NCBI GenBank assembly: GCA_028293425.1 | Contig: JAQGOV010000389.1 | Span: forward strand, 1 to 54,125 | Length of the DNA: 54,125 nucleotides | DNA from: Verrucomicrobiales bacterium | Lineage (GTDB): Bacteria; Verrucomicrobiota; Verrucomicrobiia; Limisphaerales; JAQGOV01 | Reading direction: 5' to 3' | Part shown: positions 8,440 through 17,872 of the stretch, piece after piece | How positions within the stretch are numbered: the stretch's first letter is position 1 | Layout of the letters: every line of letters begins with the position of its first letter | Notes under the pieces: generated by a model | Database searches by the model: none | What the model saw: only the letters and a program-made list of their open reading frames with translations | What the model was told of the DNA's origin: nothing | Made by a program: the position numbers and the translations under genes

Positions 8440-9705
8440 ATGAATACTACGTCCAGCAAGATGATTTCCCAAAACATTCGCCTCCTCCTTGTTGCAGGAT
8501 TGATTGCACTGGCCTCCTCCGTTCACGGCGGTGACTGGCCGCAGTGGCGCGGACCCAACCGGGATGGCAAGTCGACTGATACGGGACTGCTCAAGCAATG
8601 GCCCGAAGGAGGGCCGAAACAACTCTGGAAGGCAACAGGGCTGGGAGGCGGCTACAGCACTCCCTCTGTTGTCGAGGGGCGCGTTTTCGGCTCTGGTTAC
8701 CGTGGTGAAGAGGAATACATTTGGGCGCTGGACGCGAGTTCGGGCAAGGAAATCTGGAGCACAAAAACAGGAGGAGCGGAGAAAAAGGTGGGATATCCCG
8801 AAGGTCCGCGTTCCACGCCGACGATTGACGGTGATTCCCTGTTCACCCTGAGCGCGGGCGGCAACCTGGTTTGCCTGGATACGACTTCCGGGAAAGAGCG
8901 CTGGCATCATGAGTTGAAGAAGGAATTCGGCGGCCGGATGATGTCTGGCTGGGGCTTCTCGGAGTCTCCGCTGGTGGATGGAAATAAAGTGGTTTGCACG
9001 CCTGGCTCCATGAAAGGGACCGTGCTCGCCCTGAACAAAAAGACGGGCGAGGTGATTTGGCAATCGGCGGAATTCGTGGACAAGTCGGCTTACGCTTCGC
9101 TTGTGGTTGCAAATTTTGGCGGAGTGCGGCAATACGTGCAGCTCACTGACGCCCATGTGGCGGGAATCGCGGCGGCTGATGGAAAATTGCTGTGGCAAGC
9201 TGACAGGCCTGGCAAAACAGCGGTCATTCCAACGCCGATTGTCACGGATGAATTTGTGTATGTGACTTCAGGTTATGGAGTCGGGTGCAATCTTTTCAAG
9301 GTTACGAAAGGCGGGGATGGCTTCAAGGTGGAGGAAGTTTATGCCAACAAGAACCTGATCAATCATCACGGGGGAGTGGTCTTGGTGGGCAACCATATCT
9401 ACGGCCACTCCGAGAAAGGCGGATGGACGTGCCAGGATTTGAAATCGGGAGAGGTAGTTTGGGCCAACAACGGCGTCGGCAAAGGGTCGATTAGTTTCGC
9501 GGATGGATTTTTCTATATCCGCAGTGAATCGAAAGGCTCGGTAGCCCTGATTGAAGCCAGCCCAAAAGGGTACAAGGAACATGGCCGATTCGACCAGCCG
9601 GACCGCAGCAGCAAGAATAGCTGGCCGCACCCCGTGATTGAGAATGGGAAGCTCTATCTGCGCGACCAGGACGCAATGTTTTGTTACGACGTGAAGGGAC
9701 AGTAG
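8440..9705 (+). CDS. Secreted PQQ-like (BamB-like) beta-propeller repeat protein
   Basis: Signal peptide, then GDWPQWRGPNRDGKS, which is a typical N-terminus for PVC PQQ-like propeller proteins. Repeated G.V.W..... blades are visible. Confidence 0.8.
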   Translation: MNTTSSKMISQNIRLLLVAGLIALASSVHGGDWPQWRGPNRDGKSTDTGLLKQWPEGGPKQLWKATGLGGGYSTPSVVEGRVFGSGYRGEEEYIWALDASSGKEIWSTKTGGAEKKVGYPEGPRSTPTIDGDSLFTLSAGGNLVCLDTTSGKERWHHELKKEFGGRMMSGWGFSESPLVDGNKVVCTPGSMKGTVLALNKKTGEVIWQSAEFVDKSAYASLVVANFGGVRQYVQLTDAHVAGIAAADGKLLWQADRPGKTAVIPTPIVTDEFVYVTSGYGVGCNLFKVTKGGDGFKVEEVYANKNLINHHGGVVLVGNHIYGHSEKGGWTCQDLKSGEVVWANNGVGKGSISFADGFFYIRSESKGSVALIEASPKGYKEHGRFDQPDRSSKNSWPHPVIENGKLYLRDQDAMFCYDVKGQ

Positions 9706-9895
9706 CCCCGAACCGCGGAAGGGGCGATTATCCTCCATCAGCCAACCTGGCAAGCGAAGGGGCTGACGGTCGGCTGATTCCAAGCCGGTTAGTTCAGGCG
9801 CTTTTTTTGTTTCCTCAGGGCAGCCCCTGACTATACTAAAGCTCTAATTTTTGCCCTCCCTTGGGGAGAGCCCAGTTACGAGAAATTGATTTGTC

Positions 9896-11023
9896 ATGAA
9901 AACCGAAAGCATGCAGGCGGTTGGCGTCACTCCCACTAAACGGGAAGTTGGCATTCTGTCGCAACCCAGCCCGCAAATGACCGGGCCGTCGCAGGTGAAA
10001 ATCCGCAGTCTCGAAGTTGGCATCTGCGGCACCGACCGCGAAATTTGTAACTTCGATTACGGCACCCCGCCCGTGGGCTCGGATCATCTTGTGCTAGGCC
10101 ATGAAAGCCTTGGCGAAGTCATTGAAGTAGGGCCGGGCGCTGAGCGGTTTAAGGTGGGTGACCTGGTTGTCCCCAGCGTTCGCCGCCCCTGCCCTCACGA
10201 TTACTGCCTTTCCTGCCGGGAAGGGCGTCAGGACTTTTGCACCACGGGAGATTTTACGGAGCGCGGCATCAAGATGGTTCATGGCTTCATGACCGAGTAC
10301 TATGTTGAGGAGGAACAATACCTCAATTACGTGCCGGCCGAACTACGGGATGTGGCGGTGCTGGTTGAACCTCTGACGGTGGCTGAAAAGGCGCTGGCCC
10401 AGGTCTGGCACATCCAAAAGCGTTTGCCCTGGGCAAATACGAGCCACGCTGGGCAAGGCCCAGGTTTTGGCAAAACAGCGGTTGTGCTTGGAGCAGGCCC
10501 CATAGGCATTCTTGGCGCCATGGCCTTGGTGGTGAATGGATTCAAGACTTACGTTTACTCGCGTTCTGCGGAACCAAACCCCAAAGCGACGCTGGTCAAT
10601 TCAATCGGCGCCAAATACATCTCCTCAGAAACCGTTCCAGTGAAGCAGTTCGCGGAGATGGTTGGCAACATTGACCTCGTTTACGAAGGAGTCGGCGTGG
10701 CCAGCATCGCTTTCGAAGTACTGAAGATACTCGGATTGAACGGCGTGTTCGTTTTCACCGGCATCCCGGGCCATAAATCAGCCATCCCGGTGGATGCGGA
10801 TTTGATTATGCGGCAGATGGTACTGAAGAACCAGGTGCTCGTTGGCACGGTGAATGCCGATCGGAGCGCTTTCGAGCACGCCATCCGGGACCTTGGCATT
10901 TTCAAACAACGCTGGCCCAAGGCGCTTGCCTCGGTGATTACGGGACGTCATTCCATCAAGGATTATCGCGACTTGCTGCTGGGCAAGGCGACCGGGATTA
11001 AAAACGTCATCAAGATAGCGTAA
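9896..11023 (+). CDS. Zn-dependent MDR-family dehydrogenase (glucose-1-dehydrogenase-like)
   Basis: GICGTDREI, GHESLGEVIEVG and the Rossmann motif VVLGAGPIGILG. The CGTDREI motif is characteristic of the glucose/aldose dehydrogenase branch of MDRs. Confidence 0.8.
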   Translation: MKTESMQAVGVTPTKREVGILSQPSPQMTGPSQVKIRSLEVGICGTDREICNFDYGTPPVGSDHLVLGHESLGEVIEVGPGAERFKVGDLVVPSVRRPCPHDYCLSCREGRQDFCTTGDFTERGIKMVHGFMTEYYVEEEQYLNYVPAELRDVAVLVEPLTVAEKALAQVWHIQKRLPWANTSHAGQGPGFGKTAVVLGAGPIGILGAMALVVNGFKTYVYSRSAEPNPKATLVNSIGAKYISSETVPVKQFAEMVGNIDLVYEGVGVASIAFEVLKILGLNGVFVFTGIPGHKSAIPVDADLIMRQMVLKNQVLVGTVNADRSAFEHAIRDLGIFKQRWPKALASVITGRHSIKDYRDLLLGKATGIKNVIKIA

Positions 11024-11076
11024 ACTCCCACGCAGGCGAATGGGTTTCCTTCGCGCTCGGGGAATTGGAGATCGTT

Positions 11077-11712
11077 ATGGGCAAGGATTGGATGGATGTA
11101 TCGGTGCCCGTGTTTCAGGGCATGGTTCATTGGCCGGGTGATCCGGCCTTCGCCTTCGATTGGTTTCTCCAAATCGGGAAAAACGGAGCGCCTTGCAACG
11201 TGTCAAAACTTTCGCTTGGCACTCATACTGGGACCCACATGGACGCGCCCCTCCATTTCATTCGGAATGGAAAAACCATTGATCAACTGCCTCTCAATGC
11301 CACCATTGGACCGGCGCGGATTATTCCGATCAAGAACAAGGAGTCAATCCAAGTGGATGAACTGAAGCCGTTCCGAATCCGAAAGGGCGAACGCATCCTG
11401 TTCAAAACCCGCAACTCCACGCGTTCGTGGAAGATGAAAAAGTTCGATGAAGATTTTGTGTTCATCTCCAGGGAAGCGGCTGCCTATTTGGCCGAGAAAA
11501 AAATCCAAACTGTTGGAGTGGATTACCTGTCAGTGGGAGGCTTCAAAAAGGATGGAGTGGAAACGCACCAGGCTTTGCTGGGGGCGGGCATCTGGGTTAT
11601 CGAAGGGCTCCAACTTGCCAAAGCCAAAGCAGGCAATTGTGAACTGATCTGTTTACCTCTGAAGGTATTGGGGGCTGAAGGCGCGCCCGCGCGAGCGGTC
11701 ATCAGGCAGTGA
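11077..11712 (+). CDS. Cyclase-family protein (kynurenine formamidase-like)
   Basis: HTGTHMDAPLHF (HxGTHxDxPxH motif). ATG 11077 is preceded by GGAG at 11067-11070. The track start at 11065 is TTG. Confidence 0.8.
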   Translation: MGKDWMDVSVPVFQGMVHWPGDPAFAFDWFLQIGKNGAPCNVSKLSLGTHTGTHMDAPLHFIRNGKTIDQLPLNATIGPARIIPIKNKESIQVDELKPFRIRKGERILFKTRNSTRSWKMKKFDEDFVFISREAAAYLAEKKIQTVGVDYLSVGGFKKDGVETHQALLGAGIWVIEGLQLAKAKAGNCELICLPLKVLGAEGAPARAVIRQ

Positions 11713-11783
11713 CCGGCCATCCCTGGATTGCGGCGAACCGAGTCCTCACCGTTACATGGAGCCAGACCGGCTCCCCCTGCCCT

Positions 11784-12107
11784 TCATTTCGGCGCCTCCG
11801 CTCCGTAGCTCTTGCTCAAGTAATCGACCAAAGCGGGAATGTTGTTCGTGGGAATAGGAGCGCCGTATTTGTCCTTCATCTTCACCACGGCGGCCGTCCA
11901 AGCCGTGCGGCTGAGGCGGGGCTGTGTGGAAATGTAGTCGGCGGAGTGACAGAGCAGGCATTGCGCGGTAACCATTTCCGCACCAGGCCCTGGTTTGAGC
12001 TTAGCGGTCTCGGGCGGCAATTGAAATTTCTCGGCGGCGAAGACCAGCACGCCACTTGCCAGCACGATGCCAACAATCACCAACGAACGTTGCTGCAAAT
12101 TTTTCAT
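11784..12107 (-). CDS. Mono-haem cytochrome c, SorB-like subunit
   Basis: Signal or anchor helix, then CLLCH (CxxCH). It lies 12 nt downstream of the molybdoenzyme gene on the same strand. Confidence 0.7.
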   Translation of the reverse strand: MKNLQQRSLVIVGIVLASGVLVFAAEKFQLPPETAKLKPGPGAEMVTAQCLLCHSADYISTQPRLSRTAWTAAVVKMKDKYGAPIPTNNIPALVDYLSKSYGAEAPK

Positions 12108-12119
12108 GAAGATGGCTCG

Positions 12120-13352
12120 TTATGCTTCCGCGTTTACGTTGACGGTTTCAACCACATTGCGCATGTAGCCAGCCGGATTCCAGAGTGGCTCCATCGGCTG
12201 GGATTGGCCGATGCGGTTTGTTGCTTTCACTTTAAGGACGTGGCTGCCGGCTTTCCCTGGATTAAATGGAATGGTCCATTCACGAAAAGAGAACCTGCCC
12301 AGATCCTTGCCCAGTTCAGCCTCCCGCCAGGAGCGTCCGTCGTCTTGAGAAAATAACACCTCATTCACGCCATAGCCGCTATCAAACGTAATGCCCTTCA
12401 CCACGATCGTTTGACCGGAGCGCACTTTAGCTCCGTTGTCCAGACTGGTAATGAATGAGCGTACGTTAAAGCGGGCGATCGGGACAGTTTTTCTCGGAGT
12501 GGTTCCAGGCTCGATGCAAGCACAGGTATTATCCGGGATTCGGTAAGCGGGATTCATCCAGAAACCGTTGAAGGGCTCATCGATGACGTTGATTTCATTC
12601 AGATGCTTCACCCAGTAGGTGCCAAAGTAGCCAGGCATGACCAGGCGGAGCGGATAACCGTTGAGAACAGGAAGATCTTCGCCGTTCATGTTGTAGGCCA
12701 GGATCAGCTCGCCATCCAGAGCCTGATCGACCTCGATGGCCTTAACGAAATCGGGGACGGTGGGAAGCAGACCTTTATCGAGCCCGTTGAACGTGACCTG
12801 CTTGGCACCAGCGGCAACGCCGGCCCTTTCCAGAACGTCCTTCAAGCGAACGCCCTTCCACCGGGCATTTCCCATGGCACCGTTGCCGAGCTGGCCGCCG
12901 GAAACACGAGGCTTAAAAAAACCGCGGCTGTTGCCTGAGCATTGATTGACTGCAACCACCTCGACGGGCTCGAAGCGTTTGAGATCGGACAAAGAAAGTA
13001 TGAGCGGCTGGTTAACCTTGCCTTTGACTTCGAGACGAAATTGTTCGAGGTCCACGACTGGCGGCGCGGGCGCAAGGTGATAACGGACAAAGAAGGCGTC
13101 GTTGGGCGTGATAACGCTTTCGTTGAAAACAGAAAAGGGGGTTTCCAACTGTGGCGGGCGAGTGGTCTGTCGTATGAGTGGCCGCTTTTGAGGATATTTG
13201 ACGAGCGGACGTTCTCCGTTTTCAAAAGGGAGCGTAATGATCCGCGGGTCCTCAGCGGCTGCGAGCCGGCGGAGAACGCTCGCGCTCAGGCCAGCCAGAG
13301 CGGCGGTCCGAAGAAAGCGACGACGGTTTAATGATTCGCCGATGTTAGCCAT
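12120..13352 (-). CDS. Sulfite-oxidase-family molybdopterin oxidoreductase (SorA-like), Tat-exported
   Basis: Twin-arginine leader NRRRFLRTAALAGLSA. Mo-ligand cysteine context NQCSGNSRGF. The fold length fits the sulfite dehydrogenase catalytic subunit. Confidence 0.8.
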   Translation of the reverse strand: MANIGESLNRRRFLRTAALAGLSASVLRRLAAAEDPRIITLPFENGERPLVKYPQKRPLIRQTTRPPQLETPFSVFNESVITPNDAFFVRYHLAPAPPVVDLEQFRLEVKGKVNQPLILSLSDLKRFEPVEVVAVNQCSGNSRGFFKPRVSGGQLGNGAMGNARWKGVRLKDVLERAGVAAGAKQVTFNGLDKGLLPTVPDFVKAIEVDQALDGELILAYNMNGEDLPVLNGYPLRLVMPGYFGTYWVKHLNEINVIDEPFNGFWMNPAYRIPDNTCACIEPGTTPRKTVPIARFNVRSFITSLDNGAKVRSGQTIVVKGITFDSGYGVNEVLFSQDDGRSWREAELGKDLGRFSFREWTIPFNPGKAGSHVLKVKATNRIGQSQPMEPLWNPAGYMRNVVETVNVNAEA

Positions 13353-13462
13353 GGACTGAATTTAGCCGGGGAGATAGTGCTTGGGAAGAAAGGTTTTCAG
13401 GTGGCCAAGGCTTGTTGAATCCCGTGGCGAGCAAAGCGCCCTATGGCCAGACATCCAAGAGA

Positions 13463-14866
13463 TTAGGGCTGAACGATTTCAACCGCGCGATAAAACCGAC
13501 GGGGGAAACTTGATCCGTCTGTCACAGGGGTTGGTGTGGATGAAGCTTTGAAGTTGGTGATCGAGAGCCAGTCTGCCAGGTTGGTACTGGCTTCGATGAC
13601 ATAATAACGCTCCGGTTCTCCTTGGAAGAGAAAACGACAGCCTCCAGGAGCTGTTGGCTCTGGCGGCGAAAGGCGTGGGGGAACCGGATCTCCGTTCAGT
13701 CTGGCAAGACCTGAACGTGGCACCCCATCAAATGAGGAAAACTTGCCTGCAACAAGATATTTTCCATTCTGCAGCACAATGGAACTCACCGAATCATTCG
13801 GACCTGCGCCCGGGTTAAATGAAGTGTCGAGAGCACCGTTCGAAAAGAGCCTGGCCAAATGATTGACCGGGGCAAAATTGTATGTTGAAAAGTTGCCCCC
13901 AACCAACAGCTTTTGGTCGTGCTGAAAAGTTATCGTATAAACTGTGCCGCCAAAAAATCCGGTTCCCGGGTTAAAATCCGAAGGCAGGCCATTGGTATCG
14001 AGCTCAACGATTCCTGGGCGCAAAAGGTTGTGGTAAAGAAAAAAGTTGCCGCCCAGGAAAGTGTTGCCGTTGGTTTGCAACGCTAGCGCGTAAGGTATCG
14101 CTGAAGACTCCATGCCAGGTTGCGGTGCATAGGAGTCATCCAAATCGCCGCAATCGAGAAGCCTGGCGATGCCGTCGCGGGCCCTGTCGCCGGCAAAGGT
14201 GAACTTGCCAGTCACCAGAAGTTTTCCATCCGGCAACACTACCACGGCGGTAGCTCCAGCGCCTGAAGTAGAAGCCACACAGGCATCGAAGCTCATGTCC
14301 AGCGAGCCATCTGGAAAAAGCCGCGCCACATTGCGGCGATAAAACCCGTCCACCACTTCGAAGGCTCCCGCAATCACGATGAAACCTTCATCCTGCAAAG
14401 CAATCGCGTTCACCGCAGCATCCAGATAGAGGCTAGGATCGAAGTTGTAATCCACGGATCCATTGGCATTCAGCCGGGCCAGATTGTTTGGATTCTGATA
14501 AGCGCTCGAGTAAAAAGCTCCTCCGATTAGGATTTTTCCGTCCTCCTGGACCATAATGGCATTCACATAGCCCACGTCTGCAGCCTGGCCAGGATCAAAC
14601 GAAGGATCCAGGGTTCCGTCGGAGTTGAGTCGCGCTACATTCGCCCTCGATTGTCCGTTGACTGATTGAAATGAACCGCCGATCAAAATTTTTCCATCTG
14701 GCTGCAGGTGGACCGTATAAACCAGGGCACCTGAGGATAACACAGGAGCGAACGTGAGATCCAACGATCCGGGCTGCGAGCGCAAAGCAAGGGGCAGCAA
14801 TAGGAGCAGAACCAAGGTCCAGCGAGAGAGTAGTGAACCTCGCTTGGTCTGAAAAGGAGTGGTCAT
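13463..14866 (-). CDS. Secreted delta-60-type repeat (beta-propeller-like) protein
   Basis: Signal peptide. About 8 repeats of ~52 aa follow the pattern ..ARLN.DG.LD.SF.P.......V.A...[10 protein letters not shown].. The C-terminal module ends [15 protein letters not shown] 14866 is preferred over TTG 14881. Confidence 0.65.
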   Translation of the reverse strand: MTTPFQTKRGSLLSRWTLVLLLLLPLALRSQPGSLDLTFAPVLSSGALVYTVHLQPDGKILIGGSFQSVNGQSRANVARLNSDGTLDPSFDPGQAADVGYVNAIMVQEDGKILIGGAFYSSAYQNPNNLARLNANGSVDYNFDPSLYLDAAVNAIALQDEGFIVIAGAFEVVDGFYRRNVARLFPDGSLDMSFDACVASTSGAGATAVVVLPDGKLLVTGKFTFAGDRARDGIARLLDCGDLDDSYAPQPGMESSAIPYALALQTNGNTFLGGNFFLYHNLLRPGIVELDTNGLPSDFNPGTGFFGGTVYTITFQHDQKLLVGGNFSTYNFAPVNHLARLFSNGALDTSFNPGAGPNDSVSSIVLQNGKYLVAGKFSSFDGVPRSGLARLNGDPVPPRLSPPEPTAPGGCRFLFQGEPERYYVIEASTNLADWLSITNFKASSTPTPVTDGSSFPRRFYRAVEIVQP

Positions 14867-15050
14867 GCAGTACAACAACAATGGGAGAGGACAACTCTCC
14901 CCGGAGTTTTAGCGGAAAAGCAAAGGTTTCTCAAGCAGAATAGCCGATTAAAGTGCTGCGGGATGGAATGAGTGTTAAAGGAATTTGGGCTTTCGCAGGC
15001 AGTTTGCATTCACGTTAAACACCTTTCACACAGTCATTTAGGGCGGCTGC

Positions 15051-15599
15051 TTAACTGTCTGCCTTATTACTCTGGCTGGGCCTCAAAAGGTCGTCCTTGG
15101 ACTTTTCGGATGGAGCCCGGTAAATGGAGACGGCCAAGGCCAGGGCTCCTACGACGATAATCACGTCGGCCGCATTGAAGACACCGGTTTGAAGCGGTCC
15201 CAGGCGAAGGATGAGGAAATCCGTGACGTGGCCTTCGCGCACGATGCGATCAATAAGGTTGCTGGTGCCTCCAGCCCAGATGAGGGCGAGAGCAGCAAAA
15301 AATAGCAAGCCGAGCCGAGCACCATTTCGGGCGATGTAGATAAGGAGGACTACAAGGGAGACCCCGACGGCAAAGGTGAGGAAGAAGCGTCGGATAGGCT
15401 CAGGCAAGCTGGCCCCGAGGCTGAGAAAGGATCCGGGATTTTCGCGGAGAATGAGTTCGGCAAATCCGCCCAGGAGGGGAATGGATTCTGCGGGGTCCAA
15501 CAGGGTTCGGGCCACGTGCTTGGAGACTTGGTCGCAACCGACCGTTAAAGCAAGGACCGAGGTAAGTGCCACTAGCCGAAGTTTTAGCGACTGAATCAT
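15051..15599 (-). CDS. lspA: Lipoprotein signal peptidase (signal peptidase II)
   Basis: Four hydrophobic segments with the conserved blocks ENPGSFLSLG, GGTSNLIDRI and FNAADVIIVVG. Confidence 0.85.
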   Translation of the reverse strand: MIQSLKLRLVALTSVLALTVGCDQVSKHVARTLLDPAESIPLLGGFAELILRENPGSFLSLGASLPEPIRRFFLTFAVGVSLVVLLIYIARNGARLGLLFFAALALIWAGGTSNLIDRIVREGHVTDFLILRLGPLQTGVFNAADVIIVVGALALAVSIYRAPSEKSKDDLLRPSQSNKADS

Positions 15600-15615
15600 T
15601 CTGAAATTTGCAGAA

Positions 15616-15690
15616 TGGCGACCCTAACGGGAATCGAACCCGTGCACCCGCCGTGAAAGGGCGGTGTCCTAACCGCTAGACGATAGGGTC
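15616..15690 (-). tRNA. tRNA-Glu (anticodon UUC), CCA encoded
   Basis: The reverse complement reads GACCCTATCGTCTAGCGGTTAGGACACCGCCCTTTCACGGCGGGTGCACGGGTTCGATTCCCGTTAGGGTCGCCA. It has a 7-bp acceptor stem (GACCCTA/TAGGGTC), an anticodon stem CCGCC/GGCGG with loop CTTTCAC, and a T-arm ACGGG-TTCGATT-CCCGT. Confidence 0.9.
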
Positions 15691-15882
15691 GTCAAGCAAG
15701 GGAGGTGGAATATAAGCGCCGGTCCGGGGATGTCACGCGCAAAAATACAAAATTTTTGGGCGGTTTGGGCGCTTTCACTTCCCGAACATGAAAGATCCAT
15801 TACACCGCAAGTGGCAGATGGTCAACTGGAGAGGTTGGTTTGGTCTTGAGTCGGAGAATTAAAAGGCCTTAACTGGCGCACC

Positions 15883-16740
15883 ATGTCGTCAGCTGTATTT
15901 GTCAGATCGATCGAGTTTTCACCGGGCTTTGCCGCACGGCCCCAGGTGTCCCATGTGCTGTTTGATTTCGACGGGACGCTATCACTGATCCGCGAAGGAT
16001 GGCCGGAGATCATGGTGCCGATGTTTGTGGAGTTGCTGCCCAAGCGCGCGGATGAGACCGAGTCGGATGTGCGGCATTTGATGCTGGATGACATCATGCG
16101 GTTGAATGGCAAGCAGACGATTTACCAGATGATCCAGTTTGCCGACCGAGTGAAAGAGCGCGGGGGCACGCCGAAGGATCCCCTCTGGTATAAGAAGGAG
16201 TATTTGCGCCGGCTGGATGAGCGCATCGCGGCGCGGATAGAAGGCATCCAAAGCGGCCGGCTCAATCGGGACCATTTCATTGTGCACGAGGCGTGGCCGA
16301 TGCTGGATTACCTGCAAAAGCGCGGGCTAAAGATGTATCTCGCAAGTGGCACGGACGAGGTTTACGTGAAAAAGGAGGCTGAACTTCTAAACCTGTCGCG
16401 CTTTTTTGGGCAGCATATCTACGGGGCGCAGGATGATTTTAAGAGTTTCTCAAAGAAGATGGTGATTGATCGCATCTTGAAGGAGAACCGGATTAGCGGA
16501 GCGCAATTGCTGGCTTTTGGAGATGGCTACGTGGAGATCGAAAACACGAAGGCGGTGGGCGGGCTGGCAATCGCAGTGGCCAGCGACGAATCGTTCAATG
16601 GCTCCGGGCGGGTGGATGCCTGGAAGCGGCAGCGGTTGCTGGGCGTTGGCGCGGACGCCGTGATACCGGATTACCGGGATGCGGACATTTTGCTGGATGC
16701 CATTTTCGGAAAGATGAGTTTGGGCCAGCCCAACGATTGA
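15883..16740 (+). CDS. HAD-superfamily hydrolase/phosphatase
   Basis: Motif I FDFDGTLS, motif II LASGT, motif IV FGDGYVE, and a large cap insertion. Confidence 0.8.
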   Translation: MSSAVFVRSIEFSPGFAARPQVSHVLFDFDGTLSLIREGWPEIMVPMFVELLPKRADETESDVRHLMLDDIMRLNGKQTIYQMIQFADRVKERGGTPKDPLWYKKEYLRRLDERIAARIEGIQSGRLNRDHFIVHEAWPMLDYLQKRGLKMYLASGTDEVYVKKEAELLNLSRFFGQHIYGAQDDFKSFSKKMVIDRILKENRISGAQLLAFGDGYVEIENTKAVGGLAIAVASDESFNGSGRVDAWKRQRLLGVGADAVIPDYRDADILLDAIFGKMSLGQPND

Positions 16741-16744
16741 TTGT

Positions 16745-17872
16745 ATGCCGATTCCTCTTCCTTTGGATTTAAAGCAGGTGCGGGTGTATCCGCTGAAAGA
16801 GCGGAAGAGCATGAGCCGCATCACCGATATCCTGGTAGATCCGGATGGACCTCCCCCGCCCTGTTCGGATTGGCTGCGGGAACGTATTGAGATTTGCGCG
16901 GAGCGGATGGTGGCGGCGCGCAAACGAGGAGCGAGCGTCATGTTCCTGTATGGAGCGCACTTGGTAAAAAACGGTGCGTCCGCCCTGGTGGAGCGATTAA
17001 TGGCGCAAGGTTGGATCACTCACCTCGGGACCAATGGTGCCGGATCCATTCACGATTGGGAGTTCGCTTTCCAAAATTGGTCCACAGAGAGCGTGGAGCA
17101 AAACGTGGCGACAGGGACATTCGGCACGTGGGATGAAACAGGGCGGAACATTCACCTGGCCTTGCTGATGGGGGGGGTGCGTTCGGAAGGTTATGGAGTT
17201 TCTCTCGGTCGTTTTATCCAAGAAGACGGAACGACGTTGCCGCAGCCGGAAGATTTGGAAAAGGCTTTGCGGGCAGAACCGGCCCATCCGCTTGCACCTG
17301 CCCGGGCAGAGTTGCTGCTGGCGATGCGGGAACACGGTTTGCCGGCCGGCCGCATTGAAGTAAACCACCCGTGGAAGCAGACTTCGATTTTTGGGAATGC
17401 ATTTCGGCATCAGATCCCGATGACCGTTCATCCCGGGATTGGTTACGACATCATCTCGAACCATCCGTTGTTTAATGGCGCGGCGATTGGGCGTGCGGCA
17501 ACGGTCGACTTCCGATTATTCGGTTCGGCGGTGGAAGGTCTTGATGGAGGGGTAGTGATGTCGGTAGGCTCGGCAATCATGGCCCCGCAGGTATTCGAGA
17601 AGAGCCTGAGTTGCGTGAATAATCTGCGGCTGCAAGCGGGCCGGCCGATTGTGAAGGATCATCATATTTTTGTGGTGGACCTGCAGGACGGCGGGAATTG
17701 GGATTGGTCGAAGGGTGAACCGCCGAAGGATAATCCGGCGTATTATCTGAGATTCTGCAAGAGCTTCTCACGGATGGGCGGGTCGATGCACTATTTGCAG
17801 GTGGATAACGTAGTTTTTTTGCAGAACCTTGTGGCGAGACTGAAGCGTGATTCAGGAACTGGGAACGGATGA
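16745..17872 (+). CDS. Deoxyhypusine-synthase-like (DHS-like fold) protein, function unknown
   Basis: At 375 aa it is similar in length to DHS. VMFLYGAHLVKNGASALVERLMAQGWITHLGTNGAGSIHDWEF parallels the DHS block (..LISSG.R..I..L.....VDVLVTTAGG.EED), and the C-terminal ..DWSKG...VDNVVFLQNLVARL parallels the DHS tail. This is motif-level similarity only. Confidence 0.4.
   Translation: MPIPLPLDLKQVRVYPLKERKSMSRITDILVDPDGPPPPCSDWLRERIEICAERMVAARKRGASVMFLYGAHLVKNGASALVERLMAQGWITHLGTNGAGSIHDWEFAFQNWSTESVEQNVATGTFGTWDETGRNIHLALLMGGVRSEGYGVSLGRFIQEDGTTLPQPEDLEKALRAEPAHPLAPARAELLLAMREHGLPAGRIEVNHPWKQTSIFGNAFRHQIPMTVHPGIGYDIISNHPLFNGAAIGRAATVDFRLFGSAVEGLDGGVVMSVGSAIMAPQVFEKSLSCVNNLRLQAGRPIVKDHHIFVVDLQDGGNWDWSKGEPPKDNPAYYLRFCKSFSRMGGSMHYLQVDNVVFLQNLVARLKRDSGTGNG

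Noticed and set aside
8332-9198. The upstream 289 codons of the 439-aa minus-strand ORF 7879..9198.
   Set aside because: This part is antisense to the well-supported PQQ-like propeller gene (8440..9705). It is Arg/Pro/Ser/His-rich with no motifs, which is typical of a GC-driven shadow frame. Only the distal 150 codons (7879..8331) were kept.
11709-12356. 215-aa plus-strand ORF overlapping the SorAB-like genes. Similar long antisense ORFs occur at 19944..20618, 25531..26409, 30793..31668, 35555..36550, 48402..49076 and 50756..51472.
   Set aside because: Each lies entirely opposite a CDS with strong family motifs. Each has low-complexity, Arg/Gly/His-rich composition and no recognisable domains. 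I treat them as shadow ORFs, not overlapping genes.
14883-14902. Hairpin GGGAGAG-gacaa-CTCTCCC just upstream of the delta-60 repeat gene start.
   Set aside because: The 7-bp stem is short and no adjacent U-tract or conserved riboswitch-like sequence is present. It could be incidental.
15600-15882. The tRNA-Glu locus as a possible integration site for a mobile element.
   Set aside because: There is no integrase, no direct repeat of the tRNA 3' end, and no compositional break visible on either side within the window.
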